Shown in pieces: positions 8,546-16,956 of a DNA stretch of 64,000 nt. Both the position numbers and the translations under genes were made by a program. A model generated the notes under the pieces. The model was not told the origin of the DNA. It was given only the letters and a program-made list of their open reading frames with translations, and made no database searches. Source of the stretch: an uncultured virus (IMG/VR IMGVR_UViG_3300011756_000031). Its lineage: Duplodnaviria > Heunggongvirae > Uroviricota > Caudoviricetes. Position 1 is the first letter of the stretch; every line of letters begins with the position of its first letter. The DNA is taken from IMG/VR virus record IMGVR_UViG_3300011756_000031, one strand, 5' to 3'.

Positions 8546-9260
8546 CCCGCTGCGCAAGCTCGTGCTGATCAAACTAGCCGATAACGCCAGTGATCAGGGC
8601 GAATGTTGGCCCTCCGTTCCCTATATCGCAGAGCAGTGCGAGATATCTGAGCGCTCTGTGCAAAACCATATCAAACAGCTTGTTGAGGATGGTCTGGTAT
8701 CGGTTGAAGTCCGTAAGGCGGCCACAGGTCTGAACCGTACCAACGTTTATAAACTCAACCTTCCCAGTGGTGCAAATGCTGCACCCTCTGGTGCACGTCC
8801 TGCGCCGGGTGGTGAATCTCCTGCACCAGGTGGTGAATCTGCTGCACCGGTTAGTGGTGCAGGAGCTGCACCCGGAACCAGTCAGTTCTCTGAACCAGTC
8901 AATGAACCAGTCAATGAAAACTTATTTGATCTGGCCTGGGGGTTATATCCGAAGCGGGCAGGTGGTAACTCGAAAAGCGCTGCGTTGAAAGCCTGGAATG
9001 CCCGCGTTCGTGAAGGCGTTTCGCCTCTCGTCATGCTGGAAGGCGTTAAGCGTTATGCCGGGTTTGTTGCTCAAACAGGCAAGACCGGTACCGAGTTCGT
9101 CAAACAGGCCAAAACCTTCTTCGGCCCTGACAGGCACTACGAAGACGACTGGATGACTCCAGCAAGTTCTGGCATCAAAGAGGATCCGCTTTTTAAATCC
9201 AGCTATGTCGGCACCGATTATTCGCAGGGAGCCAAAGGCTTCCGGGTGGTGAACGGATGA
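8499..9260 (+). CDS. phage replication initiator (HTH domain)
   Basis: KLVLIKLADNASDQGECWPS N-terminus, internal iteron repeats, YPKRAG C-terminal domain. Confidence 0.88.
   Translation: MSMELMVRAMKAKVGNPLRKLVLIKLADNASDQGECWPSVPYIAEQCEISERSVQNHIKQLVEDGLVSVEVRKAATGLNRTNVYKLNLPSGANAAPSGARPAPGGESPAPGGESAAPVSGAGAAPGTSQFSEPVNEPVNENLFDLAWGLYPKRAGGNSKSAALKAWNARVREGVSPLVMLEGVKRYAGFVAQTGKTGTEFVKQAKTFFGPDRHYEDDWMTPASSGIKEDPLFKSSYVGTDYSQGAKGFRVVNG
8768..8918 (+). repeat. putative origin iterons within rep gene
   Basis: Five GGTG-N9-(C/G)(A/C)CC-type units such as GGTGCAAATGCTGCACC and GGTGAATCTCCTGCACC at about 21-bp period, followed by repeated GAACCAGTCA. Confidence 0.75.
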
Positions 9261-10135
9261 GATGCGGATCTGTTTGTGACGGTATTGCAGCCACACTGCC
9301 AGCTGAATCTCCGTCACCGCGAACCTGGCAGCGCCCGTTCCTCAAGTGGGCTGGTGGCAAATACCACCAGCTGCCTGATATCGACCGCCTGATCCCCGAA
9401 GGGCAGCGCCTGATTGAGCCGTTTGTTGGTGGTGGCTCGGTGTTCATCAACTCCCGTAAGCACGACTCTTTCCTGCTTGCAGATGTTAACGCGGACCTGA
9501 TCCACCTTTACCAGATGCTGGCTGTAGTGCCGGATGTCGTAATTCGTCATGCCCGTCAGTTGTTCAGCACCAGGAACAGCGCCGCCGGGTATGCCGAAGT
9601 CGCCGATGATTTCAACGGGCAGCTGCTGGCCGGGCCGGAACGCGCCGCTGCTTTCCTGTACCTGAACCGGCACTGCTTCAACGGGCTGATCCGTTACAAC
9701 CTCGCCGGAAAGTTCAACGTTGGCTGGGGCAAATACCCCAATCCATATTTTCCTGAAAAAGAGATCGAGGCGTTCACTGCACTGGCGCGCAACTGCGTGT
9801 TCATGAATGCCGGGTTCCGCCGCACGCTTTCTCTGGCTGGCGAGGGCGATGTCGTTTACTGCGATCCACCGTATGAGCCGCTGCCGGGTACCAGCGGGTT
9901 CACCAGTTATGCGCCAGGCGGTTTTAGCTGGGACGACCAGATCGCCCTGGCGGAGTGCTGTGTTGCCGCCCACCAGCGGGGTGCCAGAGTGGTGATCAGC
10001 AACTCATCAGCGCCACGCATCATTGAGCTGTATCAGCAACACGGCTTTGAACTCAACTACGTCCGCGCCCGGCGCGCGATATCCAGTAAATCCAGTACAC
10101 GCGAAACCGTCAGCGATATCGTTGCGGTTCTGTAG
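9257..10135 (+). CDS. dam: Dam-family DNA adenine methyltransferase
   Basis: FLKWAGGK, EPFVGGGSV, FNGL.RYN, YCDPPY. Confidence 0.95.
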   Translation: MRCGSVCDGIAATLPAESPSPRTWQRPFLKWAGGKYHQLPDIDRLIPEGQRLIEPFVGGGSVFINSRKHDSFLLADVNADLIHLYQMLAVVPDVVIRHARQLFSTRNSAAGYAEVADDFNGQLLAGPERAAAFLYLNRHCFNGLIRYNLAGKFNVGWGKYPNPYFPEKEIEAFTALARNCVFMNAGFRRTLSLAGEGDVVYCDPPYEPLPGTSGFTSYAPGGFSWDDQIALAECCVAAHQRGARVVISNSSAPRIIELYQQHGFELNYVRARRAISSKSSTRETVSDIVAVL

Positions 10136-10144
10136 GGGGTAGCA

Positions 10145-10393
10145 GTGGTCAATAAATCATTAACGGTGCGCCAGCAGGAGGTTTTCGATCTGCTGGTGAA
10201 ATACCAGAGCGAGCACGGTTATCCGCCGACTATTTCAGAGCTGTCCCGCCTGATGGGAGTGGTGTCGCCGAATGCAGCCGCCCTGCAGTTGCGTGCGTTG
10301 CAGCGCAAAGAGGCAATAACGATAGTCCCGGGCGCGCATCGCGGCATAAAAATCAACAGCCAGCCATCACAGCCGAACCCGGAGGGCAAATGA
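10145..10393 (+). CDS. LexA DNA-binding-domain-only protein
   Basis: LTVRQQEVFDLL...GYPPT..E...SPNAA...RGI aligns with the LexA N-terminal domain; no peptidase domain. Confidence 0.8.
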   Translation: MVNKSLTVRQQEVFDLLVKYQSEHGYPPTISELSRLMGVVSPNAAALQLRALQRKEAITIVPGAHRGIKINSQPSQPNPEGK

Positions 10394-10758
10394 AACTGGT
10401 GCTGCCGTTCCCTCCGAGCGTAAACACCTACTGGCGCGCCCCGAATAAGGGGCCACTGGCCGGTCGCCACCTCATCAGCGCCAAAGGGCGTGCGTACCAG
10501 AGCGATGCTTGCGCTGCGATCATTGAGCAACTGCGCAGATTACCGAAGCCCAGCAGCGCGCCAGCGGCGGTGGAGATCATTCTTTTCCCACCGGACGCGC
10601 GGCGCCGCGACATCGACAACTACAACAAAGCGCTGTTCGATGCGCTGACCCACGCAGGCATCTGGGAGGACGACAGTCAGATTAAGCGAATGCTGGTGGA
10701 ATGGGGGCCGGTAACGCCCAAAGGCAAGGTTGAGATAACGATCGGCCTGTATGCATAG
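10390..10758 (+). CDS. rusA: RusA Holliday junction resolvase
   Basis: LPFPPSVN, RRRDIDNYNKALFDAL, WEDDSQI. Confidence 0.95.
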   Translation: MKLVLPFPPSVNTYWRAPNKGPLAGRHLISAKGRAYQSDACAAIIEQLRRLPKPSSAPAAVEIILFPPDARRRDIDNYNKALFDALTHAGIWEDDSQIKRMLVEWGPVTPKGKVEITIGLYA

Positions 10759-10859
10759 ACAGTGGGGGTGTTGAAAATTATGCAAATCAGCAGTAATGTC
10801 AAAAAGTGCAAGCGAAGCGGGCGTGCAGGCCCCTCGCAATACAATCAGTGGAGAACAAA

Positions 10860-11657
10860 ATGAGTCAATTACTCGTAATTGACGGCGTTTCCGTACGCCG
10901 TGATATTTTTGGGCGTTACTGCCTTAACGATCTTCATCGTGCTGCTGGTGCTCAGGATAAGCACAAGCCAGCGTTCTGGCTTCGCAACGAGCAAACCGAA
11001 CAATTAATAAGCGAGTTGCAAATTAGCAACTCGGAAACGCCGGACCCGGTCAGCGTTATCCGCGGCGGCAAAGAGCAGGGCAGCTACGTCTGTAAAGAGC
11101 TGGTCTACTCCTACGCGATGTGGATCAGCCCACAGTTCAGCCTGAGGGTGATTCGGACGTTTGATGCAGTTGTAAATCAGCCCGCCACTCTTCAGAGCCA
11201 GGCGGCAGATAAGATGCAGGCAGGCGTCATCCTGCTCGATTTTATGCAGCGTTCCCTTAACCTCTCCAATTCCTCCGTTCTCGGTGCATGCCAGAAGCTG
11301 CAGGATGCTGTTGGTCTGCCGAACCTTGCCCCGCAGTACGCCATTGACGCGCCAGCCGGTGCGCCTGATGGCTCCAGTCGCCCCACGCAGTCGCTGAGCG
11401 CTCTGCTCAAAGCAAACGGCATCCGAATGTCGGCTACGCTGGCTTACCAGCAGCTGGCCAAACTGGGGATCGTAGAGCATAAGGAGCGCCGCAGCCGTTC
11501 GGGTGTAAATGGTGTTAAGCGCTTCTGGGCGATGACAGCGAAAGGATGCATGTACGGGAAGAACATCACCAGCCCGGCGAACCCACGTGAAACGCAGCCG
11601 CATTTCTTCGAGTCAAAATTTCAGGAGCTGTTGCGCCTGCTCGAAACTGTGCATTGA
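10860..11657 (+). CDS. KilA-N domain (antirepressor-like) protein
   Basis: GRYCLNDLHRAAG...P.FWL, ELVYSYAMWISPQF. Confidence 0.88.
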   Translation: MSQLLVIDGVSVRRDIFGRYCLNDLHRAAGAQDKHKPAFWLRNEQTEQLISELQISNSETPDPVSVIRGGKEQGSYVCKELVYSYAMWISPQFSLRVIRTFDAVVNQPATLQSQAADKMQAGVILLDFMQRSLNLSNSSVLGACQKLQDAVGLPNLAPQYAIDAPAGAPDGSSRPTQSLSALLKANGIRMSATLAYQQLAKLGIVEHKERRSRSGVNGVKRFWAMTAKGCMYGKNITSPANPRETQPHFFESKFQELLRLLETVH

Positions 11658-11664
11658 GGTGTCT

Positions 11665-12654
11665 GTGAGAGCGTTATTAACCCCTGTCGTCGTAAAAGAG
11701 TTCGGGATCGTGGCTTTCCGGCCTGGTCCTGAACTCATGCCACATTTCCATCGCGGGCGCATTCTGCTGGAGAACGAGCCGGAGCGCCTGGCCAACCTGC
11801 CAACCGGCGAACTTCCAGCGGCAGGCCAGCCGCTGGCAGAGGACCCATTAATGGTGCCTGTCTTTGAGCATGTCGATGTCATTCAGCGGGCTGGTGGCCT
11901 GTCATGCCTTGAGGCCTGGCTGATGCGTGAATCTGGCTGCCAATACCGCCACAGCGACTATCACCATCACGAAATGGTCACCATGCGGCATGCACCCGGC
12001 TCGCTGCGGTTGTGCTGGGCCTGTGATATCCGGGTGCGAGAGCAATTTACTGCCGAACTGTCGGGCATTGCACGAAAGAACCTGGTAGCCTGGGTATTGT
12101 CGGTTGTGCGCGCCGGTCTGGGTTTCGATGATGCCCATCAGGTGACTCTTCCAGAACTTTGCTGGTGGCTGACGATCAATAAGCTGGCCCACGTCATCCC
12201 GCAGGCGGTAGCACGCAAGGTCCTGCGTATCCCGGCTGAGAAATTCCAGTCGGTGACGCGTGAGGCCGACATTGTGCCGTCGGTACCGCCCACCAGCATG
12301 GTGGAGGAGGCCGTTGAAAAGGTGCTGGCACTGCAGGTGGATCCAGAGACGCCGGAATCCTACATGCTGAGGCCGAAGCGCCGACGCTGGCAGAACGAGA
12401 AGTACACCCGCTGGGTAAAGGCGCAGCCGTGTGCATGTTGCCAGAAACCAGCAGACGACCCCCACCACCTGATCGGCCACGGCATGGGTGGGATGGGTAC
12501 CAAAGCGCATGATTTGTTCGTGATCCCGCTGTGCAGAGCGCACCACGATGAATTACACGCTGACGCCGTGGCATTTGAAGCGAAATACGGCACGCAGCCG
12601 GAGCTGCTGCTGAAAACATTAGACCGGGCGCTGGCTATCGGCGTACTGGCGTAG
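11665..12654 (+). CDS. DUF968/YdfU family protein
   Basis: C-terminal WVKAQPCACC..PADDPHHLIGHG...PLCRAHH. Confidence 0.85.
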   Translation: MRALLTPVVVKEFGIVAFRPGPELMPHFHRGRILLENEPERLANLPTGELPAAGQPLAEDPLMVPVFEHVDVIQRAGGLSCLEAWLMRESGCQYRHSDYHHHEMVTMRHAPGSLRLCWACDIRVREQFTAELSGIARKNLVAWVLSVVRAGLGFDDAHQVTLPELCWWLTINKLAHVIPQAVARKVLRIPAEKFQSVTREADIVPSVPPTSMVEEAVEKVLALQVDPETPESYMLRPKRRRWQNEKYTRWVKAQPCACCQKPADDPHHLIGHGMGGMGTKAHDLFVIPLCRAHHDELHADAVAFEAKYGTQPELLLKTLDRALAIGVLA

Positions 12655-12671
12655 ACGGAGTGGAGAACGCG

Positions 12672-13493
12672 ATGAATCTGGATGGAGTTTTAAAATTTTT
12701 TGCACCGAAAGGTATGCACATTTCGGACAGCGTCCGCGCAACAGCGGGCGATCAGTTAACCGTAACCGACATTATGGCGGCGCTGGGCATGACTCAGGCA
12801 GATGCCGGGATCGGCCTGGCCATGTATCTGGGTAAGGCAGGCATCAGCCCACAGGATAAAGAAGCCGCAATATCCTGGCTGACCGAGTACGCCAAACAGC
12901 ATGCGCCGATGGCGGTGCGTAAAGCTGCGGGTAAAAAGTTCCCGCTGTGCATGCGCATCCTCGCCCGCTTCGCCTTCAAAGACTACGCTTCATCAGCTGC
13001 TGACAGTGTCGATTGTCCAAAATGCCAGGGCAAAGGCATCATCACCAAAACCAGCGTGATTACCAAAAGCCATTACACCATGCGCCTGCCTCAGTTTGCT
13101 AAGGATCTGGGCCAGTCTCCATCTGACTTTAAGGTCTCTCGTCAGGTTAAGGATGTGGACCACCAACTGTGCAGCAAGTGTAACGGCACGGGCCAACTGA
13201 GTAAGCGCTGCCAGTGTGGCGGAACGGGGAAAACCCTCGACCGTAAAGAAACTGATTTTCAGGGCGTACCCGTTTATAAGGAGTGCAAACGGTGCGAGGG
13301 AAGAGGGTACAGCAGACCTAAATCCTCAGTGGCGTACCGCGGCGTTCTGGCGGAGCTGGACAGCCTTCCCGATCGCACCTGGCGCTATAGCTGGAAGCCG
13401 TTCTATGAAAGCCTGGTGACGAAATGTTTTCAGGAAGAAAGCAATGCTGATGCTGAACTGAAGAAAGTAACAAGAGCACATAATCCTATATAA
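12672..13493 (+). CDS. Q: late antiterminator Q
   Basis: LTVTDIMAALG N-terminus, CxxC.G.G zinc repeats, position before lysis. Confidence 0.85.
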   Translation: MNLDGVLKFFAPKGMHISDSVRATAGDQLTVTDIMAALGMTQADAGIGLAMYLGKAGISPQDKEAAISWLTEYAKQHAPMAVRKAAGKKFPLCMRILARFAFKDYASSAADSVDCPKCQGKGIITKTSVITKSHYTMRLPQFAKDLGQSPSDFKVSRQVKDVDHQLCSKCNGTGQLSKRCQCGGTGKTLDRKETDFQGVPVYKECKRCEGRGYSRPKSSVAYRGVLAELDSLPDRTWRYSWKPFYESLVTKCFQEESNADAELKKVTRAHNPI

Positions 13494-13545
13494 ATCTCAC
13501 TATTTAGCGTCACGTTACTTGCAATGTTGCCGTTTTTGTGTAAAT

Positions 13546-13612
13546 TTGACGTTAACGATGGGCATTGTATGTTCAGAGTTAAGAAACCCGCCACCGAGCG
13601 GGTTTTTTATTT
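13546..13612 (+). promoter_or_regulatory. putative pR' promoter and tR' terminator
   Basis: TTGACG-16-TATGTT followed by hairpin AACCCGC...GCGGGTT plus T-tract. Confidence 0.55.
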
Positions 13613-13685
13613 CTGGGAAAAAACGTTTTTGACATAACTGTTTTAGAAATATGCTAAATCCACACTCAAGCAGACAGGTGGATAC

Positions 13686-14018
13686 ATGCAGCATATTAAA
13701 AGTTACGAATTACCTCTTAATGGTAAAAGCCCATCAGATTTAAATGCTTTAAAAGACATTATCGAATCTAACGCGGATAAGTTTGATGAGTATCTCCTCA
13801 CGGATTTTGGTGGTGATGCGCGATACTCGGTCATTGATGGGTCCTTTGAGATCACATCGATAGCTGAAGGATTTTTTGAATATAAAGCTCAAATAAATTA
13901 TTACGCAGGGTGCGCAGATATGAATGACACCAGTACTGTCGATGGGACTATGGATTTTGAGATTGAAGGTGACAGCATCATCATTGAGTTGGATGAAACT
14001 GTTTGGAATGTCAGATAA
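13686..14018 (+). CDS. acidic hypothetical protein (moron between Q and holin)
   Basis: 110-aa AT-rich ORF with RBS, flanked by terminators. Confidence 0.75.
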   Translation: MQHIKSYELPLNGKSPSDLNALKDIIESNADKFDEYLLTDFGGDARYSVIDGSFEITSIAEGFFEYKAQINYYAGCADMNDTSTVDGTMDFEIEGDSIIIELDETVWNVR

Positions 14019-14043
14019 AAAATAAATTATCTACTCGTATCAT

Positions 14044-14070
14044 AAGGCCTCTTCTTTAGAGGCCTTTTTA
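14044..14070 (+). terminator. intrinsic terminator
   Basis: AAGGCCTCT-tcttt-AGAGGCCTT plus T-tract. Confidence 0.75.
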
Positions 14071-14117
14071 TTTCCCCTCATCTACTGAGAGGACTCACGG
14101 CAATAAGAGGGGGCTAA

Positions 14118-14504
14118 ATGTCCGATCCGATTTCCGGCACTGGGCTGACCGGTGGTGCCCTTACGGGTGCCAGTGTCTATGGACTGCTGACCGGGACAGA
14201 TTACGGTGTGGTGTTTGGCGCGTTTGCAGGGGCTGTATTCTACATCGCCACAGCCGCTGACCTGGGCGCGGCACGCCGACTTGCTTATTTTATCGTGTCC
14301 TATATCGCTGGCATTCTGTGCTCTGGCTTGGTCGGGTCGAAGCTGGCTAACCTGACCGGCTACAGCGATAAACCTCTGGACGCCATTGGTGCCGTTATTG
14401 TTTCTGCTTTAGCCGTCAAAATCCTGACGTTCCTGAATAACCAGGATGTCGGCTCGCTGGTGGCGCTGATAACGCGCCGGGGAGGTTCTGGTGGTACTAA
14501 ATGA
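14118..14504 (+). CDS. putative holin
   Basis: Multi-TM protein at the start of the lysis cassette. Confidence 0.8.
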   Translation: MSDPISGTGLTGGALTGASVYGLLTGTDYGVVFGAFAGAVFYIATAADLGAARRLAYFIVSYIAGILCSGLVGSKLANLTGYSDKPLDAIGAVIVSALAVKILTFLNNQDVGSLVALITRRGGSGGTK

Positions 14505-14772
14505 CCCGACAGCAACTATCAACGCGCTGCTCTGCGCCGGGGTAGTGATCACCCTGATGTTTTACCGTCGTGGTGATTCCCGTCATCGCCCGTGGGTTTC
14601 CCGCCTGGCGTGGTTGATTACAGTCACGTACAGCGCGGTGCCGTTAGCCTATCTGTGCGGCATATATCCTCATTCATCGTGGGCCACCATTGGCGCCAAC
14701 GTCATATTCCTATCCGTGCTGGTGGCCGTCAGAGGCAACGTTGCGCGCTTGGTTGATCATCTGAGGCAATAA
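14491..14772 (+). CDS. holin-family (DUF754-like) membrane protein
   Basis: 3 TM segments, FYRRGDSRHR...RGNVA motif. Confidence 0.75.
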   Translation: MVLNDPTATINALLCAGVVITLMFYRRGDSRHRPWVSRLAWLITVTYSAVPLAYLCGIYPHSSWATIGANVIFLSVLVAVRGNVARLVDHLRQ

Positions 14773-15386
14773 TGAACCAAACACAATTTCAGAAGGCGGC
14801 TGGTATCAGCGCCGGGTTAGCTGCGCGCTGGTATCCGCATATCGTCGCGGCAATGAAAGAGTTCGGCATCACCGCAGTTAACGATCAGGCCATGTTCATC
14901 GCACAGCTGGGCCACGAATCAGCTGGTTTTACTTCGCTGGTGGAAAACTTCAACTACTCCGTCCACGGTTTGAAGAAAACCTTCGGTAAGCGCCTGACGG
15001 CTTACCAGTGCGAGATGCTGGGCCGCGTTGATGGTCAGCAGACCGCCCACCAGCCACAGATCGCCAACCTGGTATACGGTGGCCGAATGGGCAACGCCGC
15101 TGAGGGTGATGGCTGGAAATATCGCGGCCGTGGCTTGCTGCAGATCACCGGGCGTGAGAATTACACCAAATGCGGTACCGCACTGAAACTGGACCTGGTG
15201 AGCACGCCGGAGCTGCTGGTGCAGGAACGACACGCTGCCCGCTCGGCGGCCTGGTTCTTCGCGCTACGCGGTTGTCTGCTGTATTCGGGCGATATCGTCC
15301 GCGTCACGCAGATCATTAACGGTGGTCAGAATGGCCTGGCTGACCGCAAGGTGCGTTACAACCGCGCGCAGGCGGCCCTGTCATGA
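14772..15386 (+). CDS. GH19 chitinase-like endolysin
   Basis: FIAQLGHES, GDGWKYRGRGLLQITGRENY, IINGGQNG. Confidence 0.93.
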   Translation: MNQTQFQKAAGISAGLAARWYPHIVAAMKEFGITAVNDQAMFIAQLGHESAGFTSLVENFNYSVHGLKKTFGKRLTAYQCEMLGRVDGQQTAHQPQIANLVYGGRMGNAAEGDGWKYRGRGLLQITGRENYTKCGTALKLDLVSTPELLVQERHAARSAAWFFALRGCLLYSGDIVRVTQIINGGQNGLADRKVRYNRAQAALS

Positions 15387-15733
15387 AGCTGCGTTACGTT
15401 CTGCTGGCGCTGGTGGTCGCTGTTTCGGTCACCGGGGCGATCGCCTGGCGTTCTGGCTGGAGTGCGCACGCTGACCATATCAACGCGCTGGCTGCGAAGA
15501 AGAAGGAACAAGCCGAAAAGACCCTTCAGCCGGTAGAAGAGAAAGCCGCTGCGGCCACGGCCGAGGGCAAAGTGATTTACCGAACCATCTACCGCGACGT
15601 GATGAAATATGTTCAGTCTCCGGATCGTACTGTGTGCCAGTTTGACGATGCTGCTGTGCAGCTGCGGCAGCGTGCAATCGACGCTGCCAACTCCATCAGC
15701 GGATTTGATGCAGGAACCGTGCAGGGGAAGTAA
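15383..15733 (+). CDS. i-spanin (Rz-like)
   Basis: N-terminal TM plus helical region after the endolysin. Confidence 0.8.
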   Translation: MKLRYVLLALVVAVSVTGAIAWRSGWSAHADHINALAAKKKEQAEKTLQPVEEKAAAATAEGKVIYRTIYRDVMKYVQSPDRTVCQFDDAAVQLRQRAIDAANSISGFDAGTVQGK

Positions 15734-15848
15734 CGCTGGCACCAATAGCGATGACGATCTGCAGGCTGATATCGAAACCGCGGGATGCCTGCGCCAGCTG
15801 CGCCTTGATAAGTATCGCTGGCAGGCCTGGTATAAAGCTGTGAAGTGA
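15609..15848 (+). CDS. o-spanin (Rz1-like lipoprotein)
   Basis: Overlaps Rz; lipobox LCSC, Pro-rich segment. Confidence 0.75.
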   Translation: MFSLRIVLCASLTMLLCSCGSVQSTLPTPSADLMQEPCRGSNAGTNSDDDLQADIETAGCLRQLRLDKYRWQAWYKAVK

Positions 15849-16155
15849 TACCGGGCAAAGCTGATCTGCTGGTGGCCTTGCTTGCCTTGAAAAAATATCC
15901 CTTCCGAAATGAAATCCTACAGTTCGGAAGGGAGACCAATAGTGTCATCAGTACAAGGAGGATATGAATGTAGTGCATGACTCAACAAAAAGCCGAAGTA
16001 TTAAATAAAAATGTAAATCAGGCATTTTCGAGATTGGGCTAATACCTTCTGAGTATTTATTGTTTTGACTAAGCAAAAAGTTTTATACAACTCACATTAA
16101 AAATTTCGCCATCAACTACATTCAAAGGGCATGAGTGATTCGACATCTTTGCCAT

Positions 16156-16354
16156 TTAAGCCAATCCCCCTAAGCGGTGGGGCAACCAGTAAAAGCTGGA
16201 CGTATGCGAATTTGCTTACTGGAGTAAGTTCACCGTGAGGCACCCGGGGTTTGAGGGGAAGACTGAAGGAACAGGCATAACGTCGAACTTTGTGCAAAAG
16301 CTATCTACATTGCTGTATGACCCTGACCAGTTCTGTCCGAGCTGGTCTTTTTTT
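16156..16354 (+). ncRNA. candidate multi-stem structured RNA with terminator
   Basis: Closing stem TTAAGCC/GGTTTGA encloses three hairpins; GACCAG...CTGGTC-T7 terminator downstream; no credible ORF. Confidence 0.4.
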
Positions 16355-16357
16355 GGC

Positions 16358-16480
16358 AAAAAAAAGCCCCCTGGAGAGAGGGCAACACATGCTATGAACA
16401 GATTTTTCTGAGTGTGCTCATGCGGGTCATGAGATAGTTCCATGGGATTCCCTGGTGTAGGTAGGAGCCTTGCAGGGAGT
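16358..16480 (-). ncRNA. candidate small RNA, convergent with the previous one
   Basis: 5' hairpin CCCTG...CAGGG and 3' terminator GCCC...GGGC-T8 on the minus strand. Confidence 0.3.
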
Positions 16481-16680
16481 TATAAATATGGTCCGTGGTT
16501 CTGATTTAACAAGCGGAAGCGGTAACACCAGGATGATTCTTAATACATAAAAGTAAACGCCCTGATATAGGGTCATATGCTTGATTAAAGCCTTAACTCT
16601 GAGGCTCTGGCTCTGGACTGTAAGCATAGAAAATTCTTAGCCTCGAAATCGAGAGGCTTTTCAAACACCGAGGAATAAGC

Positions 16681-16878
16681 ATGACAGTAGTTCTTACAGC
16701 GAAACAGATTGAGGACCTGGCAATCTTCGCTAAAGAAGACGGCCAGCCACAATACACGATCACCACGGTCACAATCCCTCAGTTCGAAGCGGATGATGGC
16801 GAGATTATCCCCGAATATACTGGACTGATCGCATACTCCGATTCACTGGAACATGGTGTGTTGCAACTCGACGATTAA
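16681..16878 (+). CDS. small acidic hypothetical protein
   Basis: GAGG RBS, 65 aa. Confidence 0.65.
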   Translation: MTVVLTAKQIEDLAIFAKEDGQPQYTITTVTIPQFEADDGEIIPEYTGLIAYSDSLEHGVLQLDD

Positions 16879-16956
16879 GCATTACAGCAGGCATTCACGG
16901 CGTGCCTGCGAAAATGGCAAATGAATAGAGGCGGGAATCATTTCCCGCCTGAGATG

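Noticed and set aside
8768..8918. CRISPR-like array
   Set aside because: Repeats are degenerate, nearly contiguous, in-frame within rep, with no spacers or cas genes; better explained as iterons
15613..15978. 121-aa minus-strand ORF with hydrophobic start (possible type I toxin)
   Set aside because: Runs through a strong terminator and antisense to the spanins, with no clear RBS
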